Part shown: one piece after another, positions 20,106 through 28,962 of the stretch
Position numbering within the stretch: position 1 is the stretch's first letter
Layout: the number at the start of each line of letters is the position of its first letter
NCBI GenBank assembly: GCA_030550235.1
Contig: JAUQPU010000001.1
Coordinates: 381,068 to 445,067, forward strand
Source of the DNA: Thermoproteota archaeon
Lineage (GTDB): Archaea; Thermoproteota; Nitrososphaeria_A; Caldarchaeales; Calditenuaceae
Length of the DNA: 64,000 bases
Direction of reading: 5' to 3'
The notes under the pieces: model-generated
What the model saw: the letters and a program-made list of their open reading frames with translations, nothing else
What the model was told of the DNA's origin: nothing
Database searches by the model: none
Made by a program: the position numbers and the translations under genes

Positions 20106-20651
20106 TTGCCCATAAATGCGAGGCTGGCTGTCCTAGTTCTCTCACTTATAATCGCCACATCCACAGCTACACTAGTCTACATAAACATCGTCGCATATCC
20201 TGAGGGCCCTAGTAGGTCGGTATGCACCCCTACCCGGCTAGGTAATTATCTCTTTGAGGCGTATATTTTCCCAGCATCCCCCAAAGTTGGAGAGGAGTTC
20301 CAAATAACCGCGACTATCCAAGGAGCGGAAACAAGTCCAACACCCTTAAACATCACAATGATGTTGCTTAGGCCGGGTAGTCTCTCTGTTATTTTAGGCC
20401 CTGATCCGGCTCCTCTCGGCATAAAGACATGGAATTATAAGATACCCGAGGCTGGTCTTTACGATGTGTACTTTATAGTCACTGACCCGGGGGGCTCTCG
20501 TCAGATAAGGGGCAGGATACAGATATTGTCAGAGAATGAAGCCTCACTCTACTCTATCATAAGGATTTTATCATACGCCTCCCTATGGATAGGTGTACCC
20601 CTTCTCCTAGCTGTAATTGTTTTCTCCAAGATGGGACAGGGGCATGAATAG
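20106..20651 (+). CDS. Hypothetical membrane-anchored protein with Ig-like beta domain
   Basis: N- and C-terminal hydrophobic helices flanking P.SPKVGE...EAGLYDVYF beta-sandwich-like segment. Confidence 0.7.
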   Translation: MPINARLAVLVLSLIIATSTATLVYINIVAYPEGPSRSVCTPTRLGNYLFEAYIFPASPKVGEEFQITATIQGAETSPTPLNITMMLLRPGSLSVILGPDPAPLGIKTWNYKIPEAGLYDVYFIVTDPGGSRQIRGRIQILSENEASLYSIIRILSYASLWIGVPLLLAVIVFSKMGQGHE

Positions 20652-20695
20652 CCCGCGAATGATATATCGCATACCACCTCCTCTTTCAGTCTGTA

Positions 20696-21325
20696 ATGCC
20701 GGAGCAGATTATGTCGGTCATAATGTGTGGAGGGAGGGGGAGGAGGATGGGGGGCCGTGAGAAGCCGCTAGTCGAGGTTTTGGGAAAGCCTCTCATCAAA
20801 TACGCTATCGAGGCAGTGGAAGGTTGTCAGGAAATAACCGGCCTCGACTTCGTTACGAGCATAAACACTCCCCTAACAACGAGATTCCTGAGACAGATGG
20901 GTTATGAGCCATTCATAGGCTCCGGCGGGGGTTTTCTAAATGACCTCTCTGAGTACCTAGCGAAAAAAGGTGAGGGCTCATATCTCGTAGTTTCCTGTGA
21001 TGTTCCTACGATGACTACATACCACATACAGGAGGCCCTGAGGATTTCTCAGAGACATGGGGAGGAATATCTGATGTATGTACTACCTCTTGAGAGTGTT
21101 AGGGGGTTATCGAAAAATCCCACAATCATCGAGCGAGGAGGTGTCCACTTCCAACCAGCCGGGCTCAGGCTAATCAGAAAAAAGTCGGTAGGGCCTCAGA
21201 ACCACTCCAACCCAAAGCTGGTGGTTCTACACTTCAGAGAGCTTGGAATGAACGTAAACACGCTCGACGACATCAAGGCCGCAGAGTCTTATCTAAAGGC
21301 GTTGAGAGATTTGGCGAAGAGTTAA
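20696..21325 (+). CDS. CobY/MobA-like nucleotidyl(guanylyl)transferase
   Basis: IMCGGRGRRMG..EKPL..V.GKPLI, SCDVP, NVNT..D. Confidence 0.85.
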   Translation: MPEQIMSVIMCGGRGRRMGGREKPLVEVLGKPLIKYAIEAVEGCQEITGLDFVTSINTPLTTRFLRQMGYEPFIGSGGGFLNDLSEYLAKKGEGSYLVVSCDVPTMTTYHIQEALRISQRHGEEYLMYVLPLESVRGLSKNPTIIERGGVHFQPAGLRLIRKKSVGPQNHSNPKLVVLHFRELGMNVNTLDDIKAAESYLKALRDLAKS

Positions 21326-21347
21326 ATCATCAACCAGAGAGAAAAAA

Positions 21348-21986
21348 GTGGATATGGGCTGCGATGCCGAGCAATTTATGCAGATAATTGAGAGTAGGAG
21401 CTCTTCAAAGCTGTTAACGCCCGGACCTGTAGATTTTTCCAAAATATTGCGGGCGCTTATGGTCGCCATATCTTCCCCCAGCGCACACAACTCACAGCCC
21501 TGGCGGCTCGTAATCATAGATGATAGAGAGATTATGGAGAGGCTTCTTGGAGAGATGGCCTCAGAGTGGAGGCGCGACCTAATGGCTGATGGGCTACCTG
21601 ACTGGAAAGTGGATGTGATAATAGAGGAGTCTAAGAAGAGAACTTTGAGGGCATCGATATGGATTCTCGTGTGCTTAACCATGGAGGATATGGACAGGTA
21701 TCCAGACGAGAGGAGGATGAAGTATGAATATGTGATGGCCGTCCAATCCATAGGAGCCTTCATAGAGAACCTACTACTAGCGCTACACGCGCAGGGCTTG
21801 GGGGCCTGCTGGCGCTGCGGCCCACTCTTCGCACCAGATGCTGTTCGTAAAGTCCTAGGAATCCCAAGGCATGTGGAGCCCCAAGCCCTGGTCGAGATCG
21901 CCCACCCCGGCGGGATACGCTCAAAGACTCGAAAAACACTCAAAGAAATTGCTTGGAAGAACAGGTGGGGTGAACCCCTATCATAA
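21348..21986 (+). CDS. Nitroreductase-family protein resembling the FbiB C-terminal domain/FbiE
   Basis: SPSAHNSQPWR, EW..DL..DG, ENLLLALHA.GLGACW.CGPLF.PD.VR..LG.P..EPQAL; overlaps cofD. Confidence 0.85.
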   Translation: MDMGCDAEQFMQIIESRSSSKLLTPGPVDFSKILRALMVAISSPSAHNSQPWRLVIIDDREIMERLLGEMASEWRRDLMADGLPDWKVDVIIEESKKRTLRASIWILVCLTMEDMDRYPDERRMKYEYVMAVQSIGAFIENLLLALHAQGLGACWRCGPLFAPDAVRKVLGIPRHVEPQALVEIAHPGGIRSKTRKTLKEIAWKNRWGEPLS

Positions 21987-22912
21987 CCATACTCTCAGGA
22001 GGAGTAGGTGGTGCCAGATTTGCAGCGGGAGTCCTTCACGAGTCACATGAGGATGAGGAGATCATAGTCATTGTTAACACTGCTGACGACGACGTCTTCT
22101 ACGGACTCCACGTCTCACCCGACATTGACACAGTACTCTACACCCTCTCGGGCATTGGTGACTGGGCCCGCGGATGGGGCGTGAAGGACGACACATTCAA
22201 CTGTAACGAGATGCTAGGCAGGCTGGGAGTCGAGAACTGGTTCAAGATTGGGGACAAGGACTTAGCGCTGAACCTGCTCAGGACAAGCCTCCTTGCCCAG
22301 GGGTCTAAGCTATCACAGGCAGTCGAGAAACTCAGAAAAGCCTTGGGAGTGAGGGCTAGGATACTGCCCATGACAGATGACCCGGTAAGAACTATAATCG
22401 AGACTGACAAGGGCACGTTACGATTCCAAGAATATTTCGTCAAACATGGATACCAGCTCGAGATAAGGGGAATAAGGTTTGCTGGTATAGATGATTCTGA
22501 ACCACTCCCAGAAGCACTCCAGGCGATTCAGGAGTCAGACGTAGTTGCCATAGCTCCCAGTAACCCCATAGTCAGCATAGGGCCGATACTGGCTCTGAGA
22601 GGAGTGAGAGATGCTATGCGCAGAAGCCGTGCTACGAGACTAGCGGTAAGCCCCATAGTCGGCGGCAGGACAATAAAAGGGCCGGCAGATAAGATGCTTC
22701 AGGCACTTGGGATAGAGCCCACAGCCTATGGAGTCTACAAAATGTACAGGGATATAATCGATGTGATGGTTATCGATAAAGCAGACGAGAAGGAAGCTGA
22801 GAGAATAGAAGCAGAGGGTAAACAATGTTTCGTCCTTAACACCATCATGAATACACTCCAAGATGCACGAACGCTTGCCTCACAGATACTCTCGAAAATT
22901 AGAAGAGAGTGA
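21983..22912 (+). CDS. cofD: 2-phospho-L-lactate (or EPPG) transferase, F420 biosynthesis
   Basis: In-frame translation upstream of the tracked ORF gives ITILSGGVGGARF...VNTADD...GLHVSPDIDTVLYTL...WG; then IGDKD, FQEYFV, PSNP.VSIGPIL, VSP..GG..KGPA; start codon non-canonical (ATA 21983 or ATC 21980). Confidence 0.93.
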   Translation: MTILSGGVGGARFAAGVLHESHEDEEIIVIVNTADDDVFYGLHVSPDIDTVLYTLSGIGDWARGWGVKDDTFNCNEMLGRLGVENWFKIGDKDLALNLLRTSLLAQGSKLSQAVEKLRKALGVRARILPMTDDPVRTIIETDKGTLRFQEYFVKHGYQLEIRGIRFAGIDDSEPLPEALQAIQESDVVAIAPSNPIVSIGPILALRGVRDAMRRSRATRLAVSPIVGGRTIKGPADKMLQALGIEPTAYGVYKMYRDIIDVMVIDKADEKEAERIEAEGKQCFVLNTIMNTLQDARTLASQILSKIRRE

Positions 22913-23007
22913 AGGCTGGGCGTTATAAGCAGATATGCGTCATCACGAAGCATATACACGCATTTTCATGACAATGTTTATACACCGGTGCGTGAAAGAA
23001 GCGGGGG

Positions 23008-24090
23008 ATGGATAAGTCTGAGATAGATACACCTGCCCTGATAGTTGATTTAGATGTCATGATGAGGAACATTAGGGAGATGGCTAAGCTTGCGAGGGAG
23101 AGAGATGTGAAACTGAGGCCCCACGTAAAGACCCACAAGGTTCCCGAGATAGCGAAGATACAGGTTGAGGAGGGCGGGAGAGGCATCTGCGTACAGAAGC
23201 TTGGCGAGGCAGAGGTAATGGCGGCAAACGGCCTAAACGATATCTTCATAACGAACGAGGTTGTCGGCCAAGTTAAACTGTCTAGACTTGCGAGGCTAAG
23301 AGAGCAGGTAGACGTGTATGTCGCCGTCGACCATCCTGACAACGTTTCAGACCTGTCTAGAACTATGAGAGAGCAGGGGCTTGAGCTTGGAGTTTACGTG
23401 GATGTGGACTCTGGAATGCATAGGACTGGAGTTCCGCCTGAGAAGGCTCCAGAACTAGCCGAAGCAGTCTCCAAAAGTGAGGGGTTATACCTGGTCGGCA
23501 TAATGGCTTATGAGGGACATGCAGGCGGCCCCATAAATAGGGAAGAGCGGATATCGCTTATAAACAAGGCTATGGAGCAGACACTCCTAGCCGTAAGGCT
23601 CATCCGTCAAAGAGGCATCGAGGTAGGTGAGGTGAGCGTCGGGTCCTCCGCTACAGTCAGATATAGCAGCACATTTGAAGGGATAACCGAAATACAGCCA
23701 GGCATGTATGTTTTTAACGACTATTATCTAGTCGAGAGGGAAGCGGCGACAATCGACACCTGTGCATTACATGTGCTCGCAACTGTAATGAGCAGGCCCT
23801 CTCCGGAGAGAGGAGTTGTAGACGCAGGCTCTAAGACATTCCACTTCGACATGAACAGGTATCCTATAGCCGTAGGAATAGAGGGTGTGGAGATTGTCAA
23901 ATTCTCAGAGGAGCACGGCTGGCTAATACTTAGGGGCCAAGCCCAAGAGAAGATCAAGTTAGGCGACAGACTCGAGTTCATCCCATATCACGTATGCCCC
24001 TGCGTAAACCAATTCGACATACTTTATGGGCTCAGAAGAGACAAAGTAGAGAAAAGTTGGACAATCGCGGCCAGAGGCAAAGTCACCTAA
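23008..24090 (+). CDS. D-threonine aldolase/D-serine dehydratase (DSD1)-family PLP enzyme
   Basis: DTPAL..D, LRPH.KTHK, YEGH, E.QPG.YVFND, DAG.K, SEEHG, P.H.CP.VN. Confidence 0.92.
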   Translation: MDKSEIDTPALIVDLDVMMRNIREMAKLARERDVKLRPHVKTHKVPEIAKIQVEEGGRGICVQKLGEAEVMAANGLNDIFITNEVVGQVKLSRLARLREQVDVYVAVDHPDNVSDLSRTMREQGLELGVYVDVDSGMHRTGVPPEKAPELAEAVSKSEGLYLVGIMAYEGHAGGPINREERISLINKAMEQTLLAVRLIRQRGIEVGEVSVGSSATVRYSSTFEGITEIQPGMYVFNDYYLVEREAATIDTCALHVLATVMSRPSPERGVVDAGSKTFHFDMNRYPIAVGIEGVEIVKFSEEHGWLILRGQAQEKIKLGDRLEFIPYHVCPCVNQFDILYGLRRDKVEKSWTIAARGKVT

Positions 24091-24114
24091 AGGCGAAAGC
24101 CAAAGATAGGCGAT

Positions 24115-25110
24115 TCAAATCTCTCTAAAATAGGGAATTATTTCCTTGCTGAAAGCCAATATTGTTCTTTCAGGAGAAGCACTAAAGTCAGTAAAAATAA
24201 GATGTGTAGTTCCAATTTTCCGGTATCTATCAATGACATCAATAAGCCCGTCAGCCTTTCTCGATATGTAATAATTCTGTAGTATCTGTTCATCGGTAAT
24301 CTGCTTGGCTGAATCCTCAATCTTCATGGGATCAGGTTCATTGAAGTTTTCCGCAATCAATGTTCCTGCATGATATTTTCTTATTTTCTTGATAGCGGCT
24401 TTTGCGTCACCTAACGCGCCCTCTATTAGCACAACCTTTTCCATTCTCCTAACATCTTTGTTAGACTCTCTAGCGGCTTGCTCGAAGGCGGGGAAGATAA
24501 AGTCTCTACATCTCTCCACAGTGCCATATGTCATTAGGTGGTCTCCATACATTCCAGCATAAGTAGCAGCCTTGGGGCCCCCTGCCGAGAAAAAGATGGG
24601 AACATGGCCCTTAGGCTTCACGTAAAGAAAAGCCTTAGACATTTTGAAGTATTTTCCATTAAAGTCGAAGGGTATCTGCTCTTTGAATAGACGCCTTATA
24701 AACGAGACAGCTTCTGCCAGCCTCTCGATCCTCTCTTTCCAGGATGGCCAGTAGCCCAGAAATCTCTCCTCGTTGATCGCTTCCCCCGAGCCCACTCCCA
24801 AATAGATACGGCCGGGATACATGGATGATAGCGTCCCCACCGCCTGTGCCACTATTGCTGGATGATAGCGTCCCCCTATTGGTACTGTCACATCAACGCC
24901 AAGCGGTATTCTCCTCGTCCTCTCAGCCGCTGCTGCCAGAACGGACCAGACGAAGAAACTATGCTTGAAAGAGTGATGCCATGGATAGATGTGGTCGCCA
25001 AACCACAATGAATCGAACCCAGCTTTTTCGCATGCTCGTAGAAAAGGCATAGAGTATTTATCATCCATCCAGAATGAGACGTCTAGCCCTAACTTGAACC
25101 TACTAACCAT
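24115..25110 (-). CDS. LLM-class, probably F420-dependent, oxidoreductase (FGD/G6PDH-like)
   Basis: GFDSLWFGDH..PWHH, RYHPAIVAQA..TL, LGVGSGEA.NE, F.GKYF. Confidence 0.88.
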   Translation of the reverse strand: MVSRFKLGLDVSFWMDDKYSMPFLRACEKAGFDSLWFGDHIYPWHHSFKHSFFVWSVLAAAAERTRRIPLGVDVTVPIGGRYHPAIVAQAVGTLSSMYPGRIYLGVGSGEAINEERFLGYWPSWKERIERLAEAVSFIRRLFKEQIPFDFNGKYFKMSKAFLYVKPKGHVPIFFSAGGPKAATYAGMYGDHLMTYGTVERCRDFIFPAFEQAARESNKDVRRMEKVVLIEGALGDAKAAIKKIRKYHAGTLIAENFNEPDPMKIEDSAKQITDEQILQNYYISRKADGLIDVIDRYRKIGTTHLIFTDFSASPERTILAFSKEIIPYFREI

Positions 25111-25336
25111 AATACGCCTTAAAATCTGCAGCGTCGCTGAGTTAAAAAGTTAACCCTGCAGAGATTTTACTGAACCAGGTCAGATCCATCTAAGGGCAGG
25201 ACTCCGAGATTGATCGGGAAAAAATCTTCTGTGAAAAGCATCATTATCCGCATTCTGTTTGAAGGGATATGGACTATCTTTCAAAATGATGAGGATGGTG
25301 GGACCGCGTATGTCACGTGGATTAAACATTTAAGAT

Positions 25337-26422
25337 ATGGTGTGTTTCTTGGATAAGCGTGAATTGGTCTTGAGTTTTAATCCTCCCCTGATAGATCTGC
25401 ACCAGGATATCTCCCTTTATTATGTGCTTGGAGGCTATGGGTTGAAGTTTAAGCCGGAGAGTTTTGAAGTCGACCTACAGGGCAGGCATGGCGATATTCC
25501 GAAATTCAAGCGGGCTAATGTTAGGGTAGTCTTCTCCTCGATAGCCCATATCATCCCCACACAGAATCAATTCAGGCTCAGACAACAGGTTTCTGGATAT
25601 GGCGTGAAAGTAGGGGCTATGAGGATACGTTCACCCACGATGATAACATTGGAGCACATCAAAACATACTATAACTTACTAACTACCCACAGGGATGATT
25701 TAGCACTCTTAGGAGACCCGTCAGACCTTCAACAAGTGGAGAGAAAAGGGAAGACATGGTTTCTGATAGCCATCGAGGGGGCGGAGCCACTTGAGGATAT
25801 CGAGGACCTTGACCTATTCTACATGCTGGGTGTAAGGTCTTTACAGATAACATGGAACTTTGATAACAAGTATGCCGCGACATGCATGTCGAAGAGAGAC
25901 TATGGCTTGACAGGGGATGGCGAGGAGCTTATTGAGAGATGTAATGAGCTTGGCGTAATCATTGACCTAGCACATGCAAGCAAAAAAAGCACAATCGAGG
26001 CATTGGAGTTATCGAGGTTGCCAGCTATTGTGAGTCACGCCAATGCATCCTCTGTCCACCGGCATGTTAGGAATCTTGATGATGATGAGTTGGACGCTTT
26101 GAGAAAGAATGGGGGGGTGGTGGGTGTCACGATGATAGAGCCGACTCTAGGAGGTGCTGCAGATGTGAAGCGAGTGGCTGATCACATTATGTACATTTTT
26201 GAGAATTTTGGCAAGAATTTAGTCGCAATAGGAACAGACTTTTTCGGGATTATGCATGTAGACGAGCCTAAAGGTTTGGAGGATGTTACAAAGTTTGGCA
26301 ACCTATGGTCTGAGCTCCTCTCCCGCGGGCTGACAAGAGAGGATATCGAATTGATCGCGTATAGGAATGCTTTAAGAGTTATTATGGCGAACAGTGCAAG
26401 GTGGAAGCCTAGGATCTTTTAA
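25337..26422 (+). CDS. Membrane dipeptidase (M19/renal dipeptidase family)
   Basis: DLHQD, AIEGAE, TWN..N, IDLAHAS, SHAN, RNL.D, IGTDF.G; start may be TTG 25370. Confidence 0.92.
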   Translation: MVCFLDKRELVLSFNPPLIDLHQDISLYYVLGGYGLKFKPESFEVDLQGRHGDIPKFKRANVRVVFSSIAHIIPTQNQFRLRQQVSGYGVKVGAMRIRSPTMITLEHIKTYYNLLTTHRDDLALLGDPSDLQQVERKGKTWFLIAIEGAEPLEDIEDLDLFYMLGVRSLQITWNFDNKYAATCMSKRDYGLTGDGEELIERCNELGVIIDLAHASKKSTIEALELSRLPAIVSHANASSVHRHVRNLDDDELDALRKNGGVVGVTMIEPTLGGAADVKRVADHIMYIFENFGKNLVAIGTDFFGIMHVDEPKGLEDVTKFGNLWSELLSRGLTREDIELIAYRNALRVIMANSARWKPRIF

Positions 26423-26559
26423 ACACCTTCTGCTACGCCCAGACATTTATAACAATGCACCTACCATATCATATTGTCAGTATTTTCTGGGTCATGGTTA
26501 ATGGAGGCTCCTAATGCTTTTCCATCTCGAACACCCAGATATGTGGTATTCACAATGTC

Positions 26560-26633
26560 TGGGCCCGGTGGGATTCGAACCCACGACCTACCGGTTATGA
26601 GCCGGCCGCTCCACCTGGCTGAGCTACGGGCCC
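26560..26633 (-). tRNA. tRNA with CAT anticodon, most likely tRNA-Ile2 (agmatidine type); intronless, CCA not encoded
   Basis: GGGCCCG-TA-GCTCAGCCAGGTGGAGC-G-GCCGG-CTCATAA-CCGGT-AGGTC-GTGGGTTCGAATCCCAC-CGGGCCC-A; GGGCCC acceptor stem matches archaeal tRNA-Ile rather than Met. Confidence 0.93.
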
Positions 26634-26746
26634 GACCTAATCGCCCCTTTTCAGCTATATTTTCTATCTGGGGGAAATTTAAGGTATCTCGTATGGTGGC
26701 GAGATAAAGCTTTAGTTGTGGACACATCTTTTGCAGGGGGGCGATT

Positions 26747-28480
26747 ATGAGTCGGGAGGAGAAGAGGGTTGAGGTAGCCTCCATTTTAAAGGCTGTCTCA
26801 TCTCCTATAAGGCTCTCAATAATTGAGGCATTGAATACGTCGCAGATGAACTTCTCCGAACTGATAAAATATACCGGGTTAAGCGAGCAGAGCGAGGTTG
26901 GGAAATTTACATACCATCTTAAGACGCTGTTGAGAGCCGGACTAGTCGAGTATTCTAGCAGATCACGGGTATACTCTTTGACGCCCCTCGGCAGTGTCAT
27001 GGTTGAGATTATACATGGTCTTCACCGAAGAACCACATCAAATGGCCTGATCGCTCTGGGCTGGGACTATTATCCTGAGCAGTTCAACAGGAATATAATA
27101 GCTGAGTACGCTGTAGAGGCGGTTCGCATCCCCATAGACTTGGCCCGGCGGGTCAGTATTCTCATCGAGAAAAGGCTTGAAGAGCTTCAGGCAAATATCA
27201 TCCCTAGGTGGCTTTTAGAGGACTTCTTAAGAGTAGAGCTACTTTTCAGCAACGTAGGTTTGGAGAAGCTTTCAAACATCACACCAGCAGGTCCAACCAT
27301 CCAGGAGCTCTACAAAGTCTTTCGTAGCTCCGTTGAAAAGGGGAGTCGGGAGTTGTTGAATCGCTACATACATGAGACAATGATGAGAAGACTGGTTGTT
27401 GAGAGGTTCTTCCCGGAGATGCTTAGACAACAATATTACCTTGGCGAGATTGATCTACACCCACTAGCGCTAAGCCTAACACATGTCCTCAGCATATCGC
27501 TCGCCAAATATGATGAATCTACTGTAGGCGCGGCCATGAAAATGACGCTCAACGACCTCACCTTCAGGGTAGACACTGAATCAAAACCCAATCTTTCTCC
27601 AGACCCTTGGTTCGGCTTGCCAGAGAATGTATATTTTTTGGTCGAAGACTCGATCCCCGAGATAATAAGTAAATACTATGCAAAAGGGGTGGATGATTCT
27701 GGGCTGGAGGCGGTGCTTAAGAGGGGTTCATGGTCTGACAGGATTAAAATAGGGCTGCCCGCTCGGAAATCCGCCCCCCTCGTCTACTCCTACTATCAAG
27801 GCGCGGAGACCCTCTTTACCCAATATATGATTAGAACATCTGCTGCGAGTGGCTTCGGAATATACTCGATAATTGGTATAAATGCGCTGAGACTGTTAAG
27901 GAGTTGCGGGTTTGAAAAATCTGCGATGCTTCAGGAGATGAATATCATGATTGGGAGACTTAGTAAATATCTGAAGAAATGCGTCCAATATCTTCATACA
28001 TTCCACGAATACTCCTCCAAGATACAGATGTTCTATCTTCTAGCTCCTATAGGATTAGTTGAGGCTCTAAAATCTATCCCAGATGGTCTGGAAGGGGAGA
28101 ATAAATATAACCTATTGTTCCAGGTCGTGGAGTCTCTTGTGGAAGCGGCGAATAGTATTCCAACTCTACGGGGAAGGGTCATTGTGGCCTCATACTGGCC
28201 AAGCAGGCTATCGGCCAGGCTCTACTCCATCGACAGAGTGATGCTCGTCGGTGGACCCTCAACATCCTCAGAAGCTTTAACACCACTATCCCCCTACTGT
28301 AACAGCCTCTCAGAGCTCTTCTCCTCACTTAATTTAGACCAGATATACAGTCTTGCTCGTCTATTGGGTGGGATAGTAATGAAGGATCAATTCTTGGATA
28401 GGCTGGTTGAGAGGCATGGCAAGGAGCATGTACAGGACCTGCTACAATCACTCCCCATACTCCTAGTCGCATCATTTTAA
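26747..28480 (+). CDS. ArsR-like wHTH fused to an ATP-cone-like region and a degenerate class III RNR (NrdD)-like region
   Basis: SPIRLSIIEAL...FSEL...GKFTYHLKTL...YSLT.LG; then EQFNRNII...P..LA..V...IE; YYLGEIDLH resembles the NrdD N-terminal motif. Confidence 0.7.
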   Translation: MSREEKRVEVASILKAVSSPIRLSIIEALNTSQMNFSELIKYTGLSEQSEVGKFTYHLKTLLRAGLVEYSSRSRVYSLTPLGSVMVEIIHGLHRRTTSNGLIALGWDYYPEQFNRNIIAEYAVEAVRIPIDLARRVSILIEKRLEELQANIIPRWLLEDFLRVELLFSNVGLEKLSNITPAGPTIQELYKVFRSSVEKGSRELLNRYIHETMMRRLVVERFFPEMLRQQYYLGEIDLHPLALSLTHVLSISLAKYDESTVGAAMKMTLNDLTFRVDTESKPNLSPDPWFGLPENVYFLVEDSIPEIISKYYAKGVDDSGLEAVLKRGSWSDRIKIGLPARKSAPLVYSYYQGAETLFTQYMIRTSAASGFGIYSIIGINALRLLRSCGFEKSAMLQEMNIMIGRLSKYLKKCVQYLHTFHEYSSKIQMFYLLAPIGLVEALKSIPDGLEGENKYNLLFQVVESLVEAANSIPTLRGRVIVASYWPSRLSARLYSIDRVMLVGGPSTSSEALTPLSPYCNSLSELFSSLNLDQIYSLARLLGGIVMKDQFLDRLVERHGKEHVQDLLQSLPILLVASF

Positions 28481-28486
28481 AGCAGC

Positions 28487-28882
28487 CTAGGATCTCTGAG
28501 CTCTGAGATTCATAATTGCGCGGGCCAGGTCACCCCCACTCTCTATGAGGGCTTTTCTGGCCTCCTCCGCCTCAACACCAGCCTGGGCTGCAACAAGGGC
28601 TACATCCTCGGGGCTCGGCTCATATTTAGGCAATTCAGCCTCTTTTTGCTCCAGACTCTCAACCTCCTCGCCACCAACGATCTGATAGATTTTACCTGCT
28701 TGCGAGTTTATGGCCACGACAGTAGGCCTATTTATCTTGATTGTCCTGTCTTCGAGCTCTATCGTTACCTCCTTTGCCGAGCCCAGCTCCTCCATCGAGA
28801 CCCCCAGACTACCCAGCATTCTCTCCTGCATCCTCCTTAACTCACGTGGACTAAGCCTTCTCACTTCTACTGCGACATACAT
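28487..28882 (-). CDS. nac: Nascent polypeptide-associated complex protein
   Basis: PRELRRM...LG, EVTI, YQIVG; C-terminal UBA EDVALVA.QAGV..EEARKAL....GDLA.AIM.L. Confidence 0.95.
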   Translation of the reverse strand: MYVAVEVRRLSPRELRRMQERMLGSLGVSMEELGSAKEVTIELEDRTIKINRPTVVAINSQAGKIYQIVGGEEVESLEQKEAELPKYEPSPEDVALVAAQAGVEAEEARKALIESGGDLARAIMNLRAQRS

Positions 28883-28962
28883 TTTTCATGGCCATGATTT
28901 ATGGTTTTTAGCTCGGGAGAAGGAAACTTTTATCAACCTTGTAGTGATAATAAGCTAGTGGG

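Noticed and set aside
25238..25292. Imperfect inverted repeat CATCATT...TTTGAAGGGATA/TATCTTTCAAA...ATGATG containing ATGATGA
   Set aside because: No box D downstream and no TIR/TSD pattern of a MITE; may be chance or an operator
26461..27000. 179-aa and 77-aa ORFs across the tRNA
   Set aside because: They overlap the tRNA and the regulator gene; no protein features
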